This document shows positions 61,645-64,000 of a stretch of 64,000 nucleotides of DNA, in pieces. The DNA comes from a phage: the sequence record PQ724394.1. One strand, given 5' to 3'. The first letter of the stretch is position 1. Every line of letters begins with the position of its first letter. A program made the position numbers and the translations under genes. The notes under the pieces were generated by a model. That model worked only from the letters and a program-made list of their open reading frames with translations, searched no databases and was not told the origin of the DNA.

Positions 61645-61834
61645 CGAAATAAGAAATACGAACCTCTAAACAATGAGCATATGCACCCATCGCATCTAGT
61701 TGTGCAATCAGTAACCCTTGTTGACGGATATCAAGAGTTTCAAAAACACCACCTTTAATAAACTCTTCGAGAGCATTAATTTTCAGGACCAGTTGGTCGT
61801 ATTCTTCAATTACACGTGCTTGGAAACCTAACAT
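61637..61834 (-). CDS. Hypothetical early protein
   Basis: 65 aa ORF with SD gagg and upstream GC hairpin. Confidence 0.4.
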   Translation of the reverse strand: MLGFQARVIEEYDQLVLKINALEEFIKGGVFETLDIRQQGLLIAQLDAMGAYAHCLEVRISYFGE

Positions 61835-61846
61835 AATTCCTCATTA

Positions 61847-61862
61847 GGAGGCCGAAGCCTCC
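61847..61862 (-). promoter_or_regulatory. Intercistronic cUUCGg hairpin (ggaggcUUCGgccucc), identical to 22870-22885
   Basis: Identical 16-mer at two loci, each just upstream of an SD. Confidence 0.5.
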
Positions 61863-61872
61863 GTTTATTGGT

Positions 61873-62841
61873 TTAGTATTTGTATTCGTTTGCGAACTGT
61901 TCAGTGACGTCTTCCAGAACTTCATAATAACATACGCGCATTTTAGCATCACCGTAATCGACCGGGATACTAACAACATCACGCGGGTTAACTTTACATG
62001 AAACTACTTTACAGTTAGAGTTACCAAAGTGGCCAATATAGCTACGAGAGCAAACGTGCAGACCACTTGAACAAGTTACTTCGTCGTCATCATTTACACG
62101 TGAACGTGGCATTTTAACAGGTTTGCCTGGTGAGTTATCAAACGTACCGGTACGACAGTCGGTGTAATCGGAGTTAACAACTTTCCATGCGATAAAGTGA
62201 CCGTCTTCAGTGATTTTGATATCGTTTGCAACCAGGAAGTCGAACAGACGCTGTACAGCTTTTTCGCTCGGGTTTTCTAACAGGTTTTCAAGGAACGGCA
62301 GGTAGAATTCAAAATCTTCGCCATTTTCCATTGAGGTGATAATACGGTCAATCAACCCTGAACGCAATTCGATACCTTGATAAACCAGACGCCCACCTTC
62401 AATACGAACGTTACCTTTAACGAAGGCCTTAACAGCTTCTTTAATGGAAATCAGTTTAATCGCATCATCAAAACGGGATTCTTTAAGAGCCTGTACGATG
62501 GCATCAAAATGTTTGTTCTTATTAGTAGTGTTCCATACTGTACGACCTTCAGTGATGGATACGAATTTAGAACTAGCATTCCAGATAATTTCAGGACGAG
62601 AACCACCGATAGTAATATCAACCGGAACAAATCGAGGTTCGTTAGGAACAGTTACTTTGACATTTCCGGTAATAACCACTTGAGAACGTTTAACTTCTTC
62701 AGCATTTTTCAGGACTTTACGGACGGTATCAACCGAAACACTATACCAATCGGCTAGTTCCTTCTGAGTATAATTACCAGATGTATATAACTTAACGATT
62801 TCAACTTGCTCGGAGGCGGTCAAACACTTAATATTGTACAT
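61873..62841 (-). CDS. rIIB: rIIB membrane-associated protein
   Basis: MYNIKCLTASEQVEIVKLYTSGNYTQKELADW… matches the T4 rIIB N-terminus; 322 aa. Confidence 0.8.
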   Translation of the reverse strand: MYNIKCLTASEQVEIVKLYTSGNYTQKELADWYSVSVDTVRKVLKNAEEVKRSQVVITGNVKVTVPNEPRFVPVDITIGGSRPEIIWNASSKFVSITEGRTVWNTTNKNKHFDAIVQALKESRFDDAIKLISIKEAVKAFVKGNVRIEGGRLVYQGIELRSGLIDRIITSMENGEDFEFYLPFLENLLENPSEKAVQRLFDFLVANDIKITEDGHFIAWKVVNSDYTDCRTGTFDNSPGKPVKMPRSRVNDDDEVTCSSGLHVCSRSYIGHFGNSNCKVVSCKVNPRDVVSIPVDYGDAKMRVCYYEVLEDVTEQFANEYKY

Positions 62842-62855
62842 AATATTTCCTTAGA

Positions 62856-64000
62856 TTAAGCCGCTTCCACGGCTTTCATGAATTTAACGATTTGAGCTAC
62901 AGAAGCCTCGGTAATGGATGTTCCACGACGATACATGTAGTCCGAAACTAAATGGTAATCAGATTCAAACTGTATAGTCATTTTATCATTGTTACTTGAA
63001 GCATTCTCGGTTAACGTATAGAACGTCGTGTTGCAAATTTTCTTGATAACTGAAAGCTTGTCATCAGTGATATAGCCATGGAAATTCATGTAACGGAATA
63101 TATCATAGAAATTACTCAGACGAGTATATGCTTCAGTCACCGGCTTATCACTGAAATACTTAGTCATGAAATTAAGTTGAGGGAACTTAGCAATGATTTC
63201 AAGGTAATACCGAGCTCGAGTATTGCTACCAAGGTAGTCGTCAATATCTACAGCATCCAATGCTTCGGCATAAGCTTCTAATGTGGTTTCCATCAAGCAT
63301 TCGCATTGGCCTAACTTTTTAATCTTTTTGGCAATCTGAGGGCGAATGATATGGAATTCAGTAGCACCAATCAAATTAGCCATACGACACATAGTAGTGG
63401 TGTTGATGTCAAAGATACCATAAGCTTCGTCCATTCCCATGATATCAGAACGACTACCAAACAATACGTACCCTGTAATTTCTTCTGCTTCGGCAGCAGT
63501 TAAGTACAGGGTCTCTTGTTGCCAACGCCCGTCTTTAATGAACCAACGATAAGCACTTGGTGTTTTAGGACGAGGTTCGGATGAACGAACAGTAACCGGA
63601 ATCCAGGGCTTAACAATTTTATTCAGTTCAGAGACTTTATAAAAATGAATTGTATCGCCTTTAAAAAGTTCTTTAACCTTTTCAAGTTGTTGCATTTGCA
63701 ACATTGAATTCGGGTCGACGAAAATAAGGTCTGTTCTGTATTTAGGAATATTGTGCTCTTTAACAATTTTCTTGGCCGAAGCACTGTTGTCCATTGCTAA
63801 GGCCCAAAGTCCTCGAACTAATGGCACACGACCCTTTTCATCATCATAAACAATATGGATTTCTTTATTATTAATGCCTAATAAACCACTAAGTCCTGCT
63901 ACCGAAGAAGTATTACCACTCGGCTTAATTCGTTTCAAACGTGGGTCCATACAAACTTCGTAAACAACACCTAAATTAATAAGGTCGTTTTGAAGTGTGT
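62856..64000 (-). CDS. rIIA: rIIA protein, 3' portion (gene continues beyond the window end)
   Basis: Open frame runs to the window edge; position upstream of rIIB as in T4. Confidence 0.7.
   Translation of the reverse strand, partial: TLQNDLINLGVVYEVCMDPRLKRIKPSGNTSSVAGLSGLLGINNKEIHIVYDDEKGRVPLVRGLWALAMDNSASAKKIVKEHNIPKYRTDLIFVDPNSMLQMQQLEKVKELFKGDTIHFYKVSELNKIVKPWIPVTVRSSEPRPKTPSAYRWFIKDGRWQQETLYLTAAEAEEITGYVLFGSRSDIMGMDEAYGIFDINTTTMCRMANLIGATEFHIIRPQIAKKIKKLGQCECLMETTLEAYAEALDAVDIDDYLGSNTRARYYLEIIAKFPQLNFMTKYFSDKPVTEAYTRLSNFYDIFRYMNFHGYITDDKLSVIKKICNTTFYTLTENASSNNDKMTIQFESDYHLVSDYMYRRGTSITEASVAQIVKFMKAVEAA

Overview
This window reads as a contiguous segment of a T4-like (T-even, Tequatrovirus-type) myovirus genome, collinear with the phage T4 map from the hoc/inh/uvsW region to rIIB/rIIA. 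All assignments rest on reading the supplied translations against remembered T4 proteins and motifs; no database search was run. Recognisable blocks, left to right: hoc and inh; uvsW/uvsY; baseplate hub genes 25-26-51-27-28-29-48-54; two Alt-like ADP-ribosyltransferases; DNA ligase (30) with a block of small early genes; rIII, 31, cd, pseT, a spanin pair, alc, rnlA, denA, nrdB, nrdA, td, frd; genes 32, 59, 33, dsbA, rnh; long tail fibre genes 34-35-36-37 with a T2-type glycine-rich gp38; holin t, asiA, motA, 52, ndd, denB, rIIB and the 3' part of rIIA (cut by the window end). Regulatory signals match T4 biology: early promoters (GTTTAC-N17/18-TAYTAT) before minus-strand early genes, TATAAATA late promoters, and stable cUUCGg hairpins/terminators. 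The best candidates for something not explained by the T4 core are at the left edge: a collagen-like Gly-X-Y repeat protein immediately followed by a second, shorter protein carrying the Hoc C-terminal domain, both on the strand opposite hoc. Other departures from T4 are a second Alt paralogue, a YbiA/NADAR-like early protein, a small ORF inserted between frd and td, intron-less td and nrdB, and repeated promoter/stem-loop cassettes in the early-gene blocks. I found no CRISPR array, tRNA, rRNA or transposon-like element.
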